Assembly: GCA_043228905.1 (NCBI GenBank)
Contig: JBHGNT010000022.1
Coordinates: forward strand, 7,688,001-7,752,000
Source: Azolla caroliniana
Lineage: Eukaryota > Plantae > Polypodiophyta
Direction of reading: 5' to 3'
Length of the DNA: 64,000 nucleotides
Shown: piece by piece, positions 50,139-62,352 of the stretch
Layout of the letters: the number at the start of each line of letters is the position of its first letter
How positions within the stretch are numbered: position 1 is the stretch's first letter
The notes under the pieces: model-generated
What the model was told of the DNA's origin: nothing
Databases searched by the model: none
The model's input: only the letters and a program-made list of their open reading frames with translations
Translations under genes and position numbers: made by a program

Positions 50139-53100
50139 AAGAGTACCCGGCTACGGACAGCCTGATGGTGCAGACCCGGTGAGAACTGGATGAGGAGTAC
50201 CCGGCTACGGACAACCGGATGGTGCAGACCCGGTGAGAACCGGATGAGGAGTACCCGGCTACGGACAGCCGGATGGTGCAGACCCGGTGAGAACCGGATG
50301 GCTATAGTTGTAAATAGCCGAAAAGTCATATTAGTATAAATATGACTTAGGGCAAACTTATGTAGAGTAGTGGTTGTTATTTCTTGTTGGTGCAAGGAGA
50401 GAGAGGCGCGTAACAGTGTATAGAGAGAGAGAGAGAAAGAGGTCGTTGCCTCTGTTGTAATCACCGCCTGTGGCGAAGATCGTGAGCACGAGGTCGTTGC
50501 CTCCGTGAACTCACTGTTGTACATTCTAATATAGTGATAGTTTGCAGCCTGTGGGCTGCCGTGGTTTTTCCCTCAGTTTGGGTTTTCCACGTAAACATCC
50601 TGTGTACTCCTCTCTTCTTCGTGTCGTGCATTCTTTCACCGTTTTTCTGTGAATGATTCTAAGCTTGGTTGTGGTCGAGCGTTGCACATAGGGGACGTAG
50701 AGTTCCTGTCAAGTGGTATCAGAGCGAAATGACACAAAAGATGGATGATTCATTAGGAGGCATGTTCAAGCTCACCGGCTCCAACTATTCGGTGTGGAAG
50801 TCGAAGATGAGGGACATGCTCGTGGTTAAAGATCTTTGGTTGCCGGTTCAGTTTGGGGACAAGAGACCAAACAAAATCGACGCCACGATATGGGAGGTGA
50901 TGCACATGAAGACAACGGCTTACATACGGTGCTTCATCGACATGAGCCTATACAACAACTTCAATGAAGAGAGCAAGGCTCATGAGCTCTGGGAGAAGAT
51001 CAACATTATGTTTCAAAACAAAAATGCTGTTAATCAGGTTTCGGTATTCCGGAAGCTAGTAAGACTCCGGTGCGAAGATGGCTCCAGCATGGCGGAGCAC
51101 ATGAATGCCTTCCAGGGGCTAATCCACTAGGCAACATCATTGGAAGTACCTCTCGCCGATGAGGTACTAGCGCTACTCCTACTCGGTTCCCTCCCGGATA
51201 GCTGGGAGACGTTGGTTGTCACTTTGGGCAACGCCGGGCCGGAAGGGAAATGGTTATCCCTAGCAAGAGTGAAGTGAAGCTTGCTAGATGAGGAGGCGCG
51301 TCGGAAAGATAAGGATACGAGCTCTGACTCCAAAGCACTCCTTACCAAATTAGAACGCGGAAGACAAAGGAACCGTAGTCCCCAGAACCGGGAAAAGTCG
51401 GGGACGCGGTCAAAGTCAAGGGGGAGGCCTACTTGCTTCTATTGCGGCAAGCCGGGACACTTCCAGAAGAACTGTCGGCATTTCCGTAAAGACAAGGAAA
51501 TCGACGGCACCGATTCCAAGCGGACACCGGACCGGAACGGTAAAGACCGTAGGGGATCGGACCGGAAGGGAACGATGGCAATCGGAGCAAGTGAAGAAGA
51601 GTTGATGCTCATCACCGAGGAGAGTGAGATAAACCTTGCCGGTGACGAGATGACTTGGGTGGTCGACTCCGGAGGGTCATTCCACCTTACCCCAGACCGG
51701 AAATGCTTCTCATCCTACTCAGGCGGTGATCACGGCTGTGTCCGGATGGGGAATGAAGGTACATGCCGAATTGTCGGCATAGGAGACGTGTGGCTGAAGG
51801 ATGCCCGACACGTTCCAGAGGTTCGTCTTAACCTGATATCAGCCGGTCGCCTAGATGATGAAGGCTACACGGGTAGCATCCGGAACGGTGTTATGAAGCT
51901 CAGCAAGGGGAGCCTGATTGTGGCTCGGGCCCAGAAGGTCAACACACTGTATCTGATGAATGCCCGGTTATGTCCGGAGGAAGTGAACGTGGCATCCGAC
52001 ACTGCCGGTGAGCTGTGGCACAAGAGGTTGTGTCACATGAGCGGGAAGGGGATGAGGAGGCTTGCGGAAGACAACCTCATTCCAGTGAAGAACGTGCACT
52101 GATTGTCTGGCCGGTAAGAAAGACCGGACCTCCTTCCGATCAAGGCCCCCGATGAGATGTAATGCGCCACTGGAGTTGGTGTATACGGATGTGTGTCAAG
52201 TAGACACGAAGTCACATGCCGGAGCGCAATAATTCGTGACGTTCATAGATGACCACAGCCGGAAGCTGTGGGCCACACCGTTGAAAACGAAGGATCAGGT
52301 GCTATCCGTCTTCAAAGAGCTCCACGTGAGAGTGGAAAGAGAAACCCGCCGGAAGCTGAAGGCGGTTCGAGTAGATAACGGAGGAGAATACCGGGGGCAG
52401 TTCGAGGAGTACTGCCGCTAGAAGGGAATCCACATCGAATTTACCGTGCCGAAGACGCCGGAACTAAACGGGCTTGCCGAGAGGATGAACAAGACCATAA
52501 TGGAGAGGGTCCGGAGTATGCTATCGCATGGAAGGCTACCCAAGAATTTTTGGGCTGAGGCACTGTCGACGACGACATATGTGATAAACAGATCACCCTC
52601 AGTACCCTTGGACGGAGACACGCCACAGAGAGTATAGACCGGTAAGGAAGTGTCCTACCGGCATCTGAAGGTGTTTGGGTGTCTCGCGTACGTGCATGTA
52701 GCTAAGGACCGGAGAGGAAAGTTAGATCCAAAGACCCGGCCGTGCATATTCCTCGGTTATGGCGACGATGAGTTCAGCTACCGAGTGTGGGACCCGGTCG
52801 ACAAGAAGGTATTCCGGAGTCGAGATATTATCTTCATGGAGGACAAGATGCTCACCGACTGGGAGTCGGAGAAGAAGACAATGAACTCTGAGTCGACTGG
52901 TAAGGATCGATTCTGCGAGGAGCAGACCCAACCGGCAAGAGACCGGTTAGCACTCGAGGAACCAACTGGTTACGGTGAGGATACCAGACCGATAGAAGAA
53001 GAAGTAGAGGAAGCTGAAACCGGAACTGGCCAAGACCCCGAATCGGATTCGGATGAAGAGAAAATAAAGGAGCCGGCTACCGAAGCCCAAAGACGGAGAT

Positions 53101-56100
53101 ATCCTCTCAGAGAGAGAAGGGCCCCCCGGAGATTTCCGGATACAGAGCATGTGCTGCTGACCGATGAGGGGGAGCCGGAAAGCTTCAAAGAAGCAAATGA
53201 TGACACCCACAACCGAAAATGGTTAAGTGCCATGCAGGATGAGATGGATTCCCTGCATGAGAACCATACGTACGAATTGGTGGAGTTGTCGAAAGGAAGG
53301 CGGGCACTCCGAAACAAGTGGGTGTACAAGTTGAAACCGGGAGATGCCGACAACCCCCCGAGATACAAAGCCAGGATTGTGGTGAAGGGGTTCCAGCAGA
53401 AGAAGGGCGTTGACTTCGACAAGATATTTTCCCCGGTAGTAAAGATGACCTCCATCCGGACGGTGCTGAGTATAGCGGCAAGCATGGACCTCGAGATAGA
53501 GCAGCTGGACGTGAAGACGGCATTCCTTCACGGCGACCTCGAAGAGGAGATCTACATGCAACAACCGGAAGGATTCGTGGAGAAAGGGAAGGAGCACCTG
53601 GTATGCCGGTTGAAGAAGAGCCTGTACGGACTAAAGAAGGCTCCCCGGCAATGGTACCGGAAGTTCGACTCCTTCATGACTGATCAAGTGTACCACAAGA
53701 CGCAAGCCGATCACTATGTGTTTGTGAAGAAGTTCGAAGGAGGCGACTTCCTGATACTCCTTCTGTACGTGGAAGACATGTTGATTGTCGGACGGGACCA
53801 AGCCAAAATACGGATGCTGAAGAAGGCTCTCAACCGGACCTTCTCAATGAAAGACTTGGGTCCGGCAAGACAGATGCTGGGGATGCATATTATCCGGAAC
53901 CGGTCAACGAAGCAATTGTGGCTGTCACAGGAGAAGTACGTGACAAAGGTGCTTCACCGGTTCAACATGTCAGATGCGAAACCGGTCGGATCGACACTCC
54001 TGGCAAACTACGGGTTATCCGGTAAGCAAAGTCCGAAGACGAAAGCAGAGAAGGCTGATATGACGAAGGTTCCATATGCCTTTGCCGTCGGGAGCTTAAT
54101 GTATGCAATGGTGTGTACCCGACCGGATATAGGTTATGCAGTCGGAGTGGTGAGCCGGTTCATGAGCAATCCCGGCAAGGAGCACTGGAATGCGGTGAAA
54201 TGGATACTCCGGTACTTGAAGGGCACTTCAAATATGTGTCTCTGATTCGACTCCTGAAAACCTCAACTTGACGGTTTTACCGATTCAGACATGTCGGCTG
54301 ATGTGGATACCAGCCGGTCTACATCCGGGTATGTAATGACATATGCAGGGGGAGTTGTTTCGTGGCAGTCGAGGCTGCAGAAGACGGTTGCGTTGTCAAC
54401 CACGGAGGTGGGGTACATGGCAGTTGTGGAAGCCGACAAGGAAATATTATGGATGAAGGACTTCATCGGAGAGCTCGGTATCCGGCAAGATGAATATCGG
54501 CTCTATTGCGACAATCAAAGTGCCATCCACCTTGCTAAGAATGCAACCTACCATTCTCGGACGAAGCATATCCAGCGAAGGTATCACTGGATCCGGGAAA
54601 GAGTAGATGACCAGGAGTTCACGCTGACAAAGATCCACACGGCCGAGAACGGGTCAGATATGCTGACCAAAGTGTTGATACCCGACAAGCTGGATGCATG
54701 CCGGAAGAGGATTGGACTAGTAAGACACCCCATGCCGGAGTGAAGGGGGAGTTTCTCACCGGGTCTGCACCATCCGGCTGTCCGTAGCCGGGTACTCGCT
54801 CATCAGCACTGCTCTTCTCCCTTCCCATCCGGAGGGACCTGTCTCAGGACCATTAGGGCCACAGACCAGGGAGGACGTTCACGAATTTGTCGAAAAGACG
54901 ACGATGTGGATGTTACAATCGAGGGAACCAATGTCACATTTGAAAAACACAAAGATTTTTTGACTCAAGAAGAAGATTAAGAAGAAGATTATATTGATGG
55001 TGATGATAATGATATCACATATTGAGCCCTCCCTTGACACAAGCCTTACGAGGGTTTTTATAGGTTTATCCATGCCTCTAACATGCACAAAACCATGGGC
55101 TTGCACCCATGGTTTTTGGGCAGATGGTTTTTCTTGTGGCATGCACAAAACCATGGGCTTGGAACATGGTTTTGTGCACACGGTTTTGTACGGTTTTTTT
55201 CCTATGCCTTTTGAATATGAAAGGAAATTCATAACATTAGGCCCTCGAATGCCATTAGGCCCTAGGATAATTTTCAAATGTATAATCGTTTGTGTAATGT
55301 GCGTGGAACTGCACAATTTCTCCCATTGGACATGCAACATTACGACATCCACCCCCACCAAACCGCACATCCTCCGGCGTGTGCCAAACTCAAAGGTGGT
55401 TGGCCTTTGATTTCTTTCTTTCTTACGCCTCGCCTACGTCGGCCTTTGTCCTCCATTTTGAGCAAATGCATTCCTTCCACCCGAACCATTGTCGCCACCT
55501 GATCAACCATATCATTCGCTCGCCCTTCGCATTCCCATGAACACTTGGCATAACCCTTTTTGCTCCACCTGAGCGTAACCCTTCATGCATCGTACATGTG
55601 CCGCCTTCATCCTGACCATCTCCTTGGTCATCAAACTTCCTCCGATCGGCCTTTGTCGTCTCATGCTTGCCTTTCCTCATGCTCACTAGCCTCGACCGGG
55701 TGTCGTTGTTCGTCTTGTTCAACCTACGGCTAGGTCGGCTCAACTTCTCTCTGGATCAGTCTCGACCAATCAACTTCTTGCTTGGTCGGCCTTCATCAGT
55801 ATTTGCATTCGGCTGAATTAGACTCAGACGAATGGCTTCTTTCCGGGTCGGCTTCCGTTCGGGTCGGAATACCAACCGCACCATCTTCCATCCGGGTTGT
55901 CTTCCGGTTCTTCCTTTCTTGCCGCTCTCTGGCTCTTCATTGAACTCTATTGTAGCTTTGTTCTTGGCCTCCTTGTTGGCCACCGTTCCTTCGTATGTTC
56001 TAACTTTGACCATCATCTCCTCACTGTCACCTTCCATCTCTCTGGTCTTATGTTGGCTCTCGGACACAACTGCCAAAGTCTCCAGAACCGGTGTGGAGGG

Positions 56101-57586
56101 ATCCCTTCGTCTGTGGTCATTCACCTCGTCATCCTCATCGCCGTTTCGGTCCTTCAATTTCCTGTCACCACCTTCCGTCTCTCCGGTCTCACGTTGGCAA
56201 TTGGGCACAACTGCCGAAGTCTTGGGAACAATTGTGGGGAGAACCTCGGCACCATTGGTCACCGTCTTCTTATTCATAGCCATCTTTCGCTCAACGCTGT
56301 TATTTGCATTGTCTTCAATATTTGCTTCCCCACCACTTTTCATCTCTTGGGTCTCATGTTGGCTCTCGGACGCAATTGCCCAAGTCTCTAGATCAAGTGT
56401 TGGGAATGTCTCAACATGGTCATCCGCCAAGGACTCTTCCATAGCCATCTATGACGCGATGTCGTTCCTCGTGGCTACCACCTCAATCACGTTGACCTCG
56501 CACTCTTTACATCCCTCAATCACGCAAGCTTTTCTCATTCTTGCACCTTCATTACTCGATGTTTCAGACACGATGCGTGTTCCGAAACATTTGTCCTCAC
56601 TTGAAGTGGTGTTCGCCGTCCTCGATTCATTGGTTTCATTCTTTGTCATTGTTGCTTTGCAAGACAAGAAGGTGTCTTGTTCCACACCTCCTCTCGTGGT
56701 ACCATTGTGGTACCGAACTTGGGCATTCATCTTGGCCACTTCATTAACCCGCATTCATCGGGAGGTCTCTTCTTCCTTGATCACCATCTGCTTCAGTTTT
56801 TGCTCCTTTTGAAGCTTCTCTTCAGCCTCAACTTGCGCCTTTAAGTGCTCGAATGCCTCTCTCATAAATACTTCTATGTTGAATATCGAATCTTCCCTCT
56901 TCGAGTTGTCTTCCTTCACTCCTGGTGTATTGCCACATCTCGTTCTCCTATGAACATCCCTTATGGGTCATGTTGTCGTCGACGAGAATCTCGTCTTCCT
57001 CTCGTCGTGTTGTCAGCATACCCTTTCCACTCTTCTCCAATCCTCAGTGAGGTCATTTGCACCATAATCTTCTTCGAGTTTGAGTCCAATGGGTATCCTT
57101 TCCCTTCCCCACCAATCTTTGTTCATGCTCTGACAATTGAGAAAAACGAAGCTCAAAGTCTAGGAATGCTTGTGTTGCACCTTGTTGGGTCTTCACCGAT
57201 GCCACCCACTGGTTGAACTCATGCTGACCTCGTCCCTTCGGTCTATTGTAGCCCTATGCCTTCAATAGAGCCTCCGTGAAAGTCATCCACGAATCATGAG
57301 CTTCTCAAAGCTCTTTTACCTCTTTGTAGATCGGTTGAGCCACCACCTCACAAAAGTACTCCAGCCTCATAGATTTATTCAGACCTCTCGAATCCATCTT
57401 CGCATTGTAGGTCTCTAGAAAATTTTGGATTATGCCCCCGTCGAAATAGATGACTCGCTTGACCACGCTTTCAACGACTTGTCGGGCCGCATCTCGTCTT
57501 TTCCCGTCTCTCAAATATTCCATTATCATCTTTGACATTGCCTCCATGAGATATTCCTCGTCCATCTTCATCCTCCCCTACTGCTC

Positions 57587-57604
57587 TTCACGTCGGGTTC
57601 ACCA
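57587..57604 (-). promoter_or_regulatory. Primer-binding site complementary to tRNA-Trp
   Basis: + strand TTCACGTCGGGTTCACCA matches the plant cytosolic tRNA-Trp 3' end as I recall it; degenerate copy at 62940-62957. Confidence 0.8.
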
Positions 57605-58033
57605 AAAAGATGTTGCGAAGATGCTCGCGTGCGTGTGCTACTTGAGCGGAACCATCGGGGCCACGGACCAGGGAGGACGTTCATGAATTTGTCGAAAAGA
57701 CGACGATGTGGATGTTACAATCGAGGAAACCAATGTCACATTTGAAAAACACAAAGATTTTTTAACTCAAGAAGAAGATTAAGAAGAAGATTATATTGAT
57801 GGTGATGATAATGATATCACATATTGAGTCCCCCCTTTACACAAGCCTTACGAGGGTTTTAATAGGTTTATCAATGCTTCTAACATGCACAAAACCATGG
57901 GCTTGGACACATGGTTTTTGGGCACACGGTTTTTCTTGTGGCATGCACAAAACCATGGGCTTGGAACATGGTTTTGTGCACACGGTTTTGTACGGGTTTT
58001 TTCCTATGCCTTTTGAATATGAAAGGAAATTCA

Positions 58034-58086
58034 TAACATAACGGTAAGATAAATGTCTTCTATCTTGGAGGTGCAAGGTTCAAATC
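58034..58086 (+). promoter_or_regulatory. tRNA-like A/B-box module in LTR Y
   Basis: TAACATAACGG (58034) ... GGTTCAAATC (58077), within GCAAG/CTTGC arms. Confidence 0.55.
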
Positions 58087-58221
58087 TTGCTTGCACCCCT
58101 CTATATGCACTCGAATGCCACTAGGCCCTAGCATAATTTTCATATTTATAATCGTTTGTGTAATGTGCGTGGAACTACACTATTTCATAATTTCTACCAT
58201 TGGACATGCAACATCATGACA

Positions 58222-59578
58222 ACGAGTGATAATAAATGATTGTGCCGCCAATTAACAACGTGTGTGGGTGAAAGTCCTCACTAGCAAGGATCAGGTGGTA
58301 TTTATCGCCGTTTGTTACTTCCTCCCGAAAGGATCCCAGTATAATATGGCTGGAGAGGCGAGTATAGTTCATGAAGAAACGCCACATGGGCCTTCTCCAT
58401 ACGAACCTTTATCAGATGACATAATCTGATATTCCTCTCAAGGGGAAGTCTTCCTTGTAGGAGATTTCAATGCGAGAATCCAATACCGACAATGCACAAT
58501 ATATCAGATGGATAGAAACCTAGAAATGGTGAATGTCGACCCTTTAGCCTTAGGCATAACACGTACATCAAAGGATCAAGGTGCAGAAGCCACAAGCTTT
58601 GGCCATCATCTGCTTGAACTTGGAAGCTGACACTAAATGATCATATATACTGGCTTAGCCAAGTGGCTGGGCTCAGAAGAGCTCACATGTTTCCCACATA
58701 AAGGAGGGGAAAGCACAATTGATTACATAATAGGATGCCATGAAGCTACCCACATGGTTAACTCCTTTTGGGTGGCCCCATGCCCTAGTGGTGCAGACCA
58801 TAGCTTCCTATTCTTTGAGCTAAAATGTGACAACTATGCCACCAACTCTAGTCAACCAAACCATCACACCATAATACACTTCACGCATGAGCTCGTTGAC
58901 ATCTACTTTCCACATGTTCAAGCCCATCTCTCCTCTTTTGATTCTTCCTTGCTTTTAGAGAACCTCACTACAGAACTCACACACATCCTTCACTCATCAG
59001 CAATTAGTAGCCTCCCATAAACGAAAGACTCTGGTCATAGTAGAATAGGGTCTATGCCACAAAACAAGTGGTATGATGAGGATTGTAGAGAGTTGTATAG
59101 ACAACTTAAAGTGTTGCGACTTAGTGGAACTATTTCCTCAGTACAGGCTCACAAAGAGATGCGCAAGATGACACATCGTAACGGACGAGCTTGGGAAGCA
59201 TCTCAATATTGGGAACTCTACCATATGGTCATGAGTAGGGATTGCGCCCTTGCATGGAAGAGACTACGGGAACCGAGACCACAAACAACCATCAAGGATC
59301 CCAATATTTTGCACACATATATCGAGAGACTGTACCATGTCCTAGACCAATCACCCATTCAATTGCCTTCCACACCTCAACCTACCATGGGGACACTTTT
59401 CGTGAGCCGAGCATATCATATATGCTCAAGAGTGCCTAGCCCCCTTTCTCACTCTAATCTTCAACCGTGCCCTTGCCGAGGGTTTTCCACCACAATGGGC
59501 CATGAACATAGTGGCCCCTATACATAAAGGAGGGGACCCAATGCACCCAAATACATATAGGACCATTATGATAGGTCC
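58222..59578 (+). mobile_element. LINE ORF2 5' part (APE endonuclease and start of RT), degenerate
   Basis: VFLVGDFNAR (~58450), STIDYI..ADHS (58637-59020), KWYDEDC, and PIHKGGDPN..YRTIMIG (~59520-59575). Confidence 0.85.
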
Positions 59579-62352
59579 CGAACCAAACAATCTCGCGTAA
59601 GTCGTGATGTTGTGTTCGATGATTCCGTGTTGTGGTACTTGTCTTTGCTTCCAACCCCTGACAACTTCATTTCGATCTCTGACGAAGTGGTCAACGAGGC
59701 TGAAATGCCTCGAGATGAAGGAGACATCAGAGCTCTTGAAGAGAGTCCTATCTCATTTAGGCTAAGTGGGCCGTGCATTCCCCGTGCAAGAAACGGAGGA
59801 GACGGTTTACGCGCAAAGAGAAGGGAAAGAAGAAGATGTCGTAGTACCGCACTAGTAAAGACGATTCCGAGAAGAACGAAGATGGACCTTCGGAAACGAA
59901 GTTCGCGCCGGCCAAGAGGGTCTCAAAATCAGCTAATGAGCAATTACACCGATCTACTCGCCAGAGGAACCCCGCGGTGCGGTTGGGATACAATGACTAC
60001 ATGGCGCATCATTATGCGTACATTTCATGGGTGGTGGAAGTGCGTGAGTCGGAGAGCTACGCAGAAGCGGCGAAGGACGCAAATTGGCGTGCCGCAATGG
60101 AGGAAGAGATGCACGCATTAGCGGAAAATGAAACCTGGGGCTTGGTTGATGCTCTGAAGGGTGAAAAGCTGATTAGATGTAGGTGGGTGTACAAGGTCAA
60201 GTATAACACTGATGGCTATGTCAACTGCTACAAGGCCCAATTAGTGGCGAAGGGATATGCACAACAACACGACATCGACTACGATGAGACCTTTGCGCCT
60301 ATCATGAAGATGACAACCATCTGTGTTTTGCTTGTGGTAGCCACGGTAAAGGGGTGTCATTTACATAAGATGGATGTAAAGAATGTGTTCTTGGAAGGAG
60401 AACTTGATGAGTAGGGGTACATGGTACAACCCCTCGGATTTCAGTCCGGACAGAACACCTTGGCGGTATGCCAACTGAAGAAGTCCCTCTATGGACTAAA
60501 ACAAGCCCTGCACATGTGGAACACGAAGATCACGCAACACCTGTGTTGGCTGGGGTTTGCGCCATCAAAATCAGACTCTTCATTGTTCATACGGCAAGGT
60601 CGACATGGACCGGTTAGTATTTTACTTTATGTTGAGATTTAGTCATTGCCGGCGTGGACCTAGATGAAATCTGCCGCGTAAAGTTCTAGCTCGTGGCATC
60701 ATTCGACATGAAGGACCTAGGGGTTCTTCATTACTTCCTAGGGATTGGAGTCATCCGCATTGCCGAAGGCATACTGATCAGGCAACGACATTACGTGTTG
60801 AGTATGGTCTTCAAATTCGGGATGGCAGACTATAAGTCCATCTCAACTCCTCTGGATAGGAATGTCAAGCTTCGCCGAGATTTGGGGAAGGTGTGCGACC
60901 TGACACGGTTCCGACAGATTGTCAGAAGCCTAATTTATTTAACGATCACTCGGTCGGATCTCAGCTACTTGGTTGGCCTGATAAGTCAATTTATGTCGTA
61001 GCCCATGACTGAACACCTTTAGTGCGTGCAAATGATATTGCGATATGTCAACAACACTAAGGACATGGCGTTGCTATATTGGCGTGAGTAGCCGAGCAGT
61101 TAGTCGGTTACATGGATGTCGATTGGGCCAGAATGCCGACGATCATAGATCAACATCTGGACATGCATTTTCATTGGGAAGTGTGGCGATCGCATTGACC
61201 AGTAAAAAGCAGCCGATAGTGGCACTCTCAAGTATGGAGACCGAGTATCGAGGAGCGGATGTCCCTACATATGAAGTCATCTGGCTCATGAGGCTACTCA
61301 AGGATCTGAAGATGGAGGTGTCTGCTCCGACGACGATCTATTGCGACAACCTCAACATCATCCAACTTGCGAAAAAACTCGTCATCCATGCCCAGACCAA
61401 GTACATCGAGGTGCATTACCATTTTGTCCACGAGTGTGTCCTCTCTAGTGAGGTCGAACTAGTGTATGTTCCGAAGGATCGGCAGACTGCCAACATCTTC
61501 ACCAAGCCCCTTGGTCTCGACATGTTGCGGCAATTCTCGGGTGCGCTTCTATTTTAGCACCTCGATGTGCTGCATTTGAGGTGGAGAAAAGACAAGGAAA
61601 GGAGTGATAGTGTCCGCGAGGCCGAGTCGGATGAAGAATTCCATTTCCGGTCTACTAAAGAAGCCGAAGGCGGAAACAAGGGGCCGCAATCGAAGGGAAG
61701 AGCCGAAGTCAGCCGAAGAAGGGGGAGATGAAACCGAGAAGGCCAAGAAGGCCAAGACCAAGAAATGTTTTCATGTAGTTAAGGGCCTGAAGACAGAAGA
61801 TGAATAGGAGACAACCAATTCGGGCAAGAGCGGAAATGAATCAGAAACAACCGATTCGTTTCGAATGTTCGATTCGGAGACACCGAATCAACTAAACGCC
61901 AAGTGGAGGAAAGGGCAGCAGAAGAGCCGCCAACACCGCAACAACAAGGGAGCTGAGAAAGGCCACACGAGCATACAAGCCAACTGAAAGGGTCGAGATG
62001 TGCCGAATTGAATAGGTCGAGGAGCACGAGCAAGGTGTGAAGCTAGGAGAAGTCGGAACGAAGATCCGGAAGAGCAGGCGGAACCTCAAGTTGAGCTTGA
62101 GGGGGAGTGTTGAGATACAAGCTCAACATTGGGTCGTAGCGGTGCATAAACCGGGAGGCCGTTGGATAGATATTTTTGGAAGTGAGTGTAGGGGCTCATT
62201 AATGAGATTGAAGTACGTGTCAGTACTTCTGTCAGTCCGTATGGACTTGTATAAATGTGCTCTATGAGCACATCCTATGTACGAAGTTTTAGAGTATTGT
62301 TTTGGAATAGATTTTTCCTATGTTCTGCTCTCCATGTTTCTCCTACGTATGC
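59575..62352 (+). mobile_element. Copia family B 3' half (integrase C-terminus, RT, RNaseH, PPT, 3' LTR from 62108)
   Basis: ORFs 59977-61557; GAGGGGGAG|TGTTGAGATACAAGCTCAACA matches the LTR at 37194. Confidence 0.88.

Larger units (their letters stand above)
44645..54844 (+). mobile_element. Copia C2 (same family as C1) with aberrant 3' end
   Basis: 5' LTR 44645-44809 plus 50139-50711 with five 54-bp repeats; PBS at 50714; gag-pol 50741-54743 with stops; PPT 54742-54751; TSD CAGGA. Confidence 0.93.
44604..58221 (-). mobile_element. Pol-less Gypsy-type element Y with tRNA-Trp PBS
   Basis: 5' LTR 57611-58221; 3' LTR 44604-44644 plus 54845-55347; PPT 55348-55360; gag-like ORF 57305-57571; flanks ACGT/ACGA. 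Confidence 0.85.

Noticed and set aside
55832-56812. 326-aa + strand ORF (and 35730-36443) as membrane proteins
   Set aside because: Antisense shadows of the purine-rich minus-strand ORFs; no recognisable motifs.
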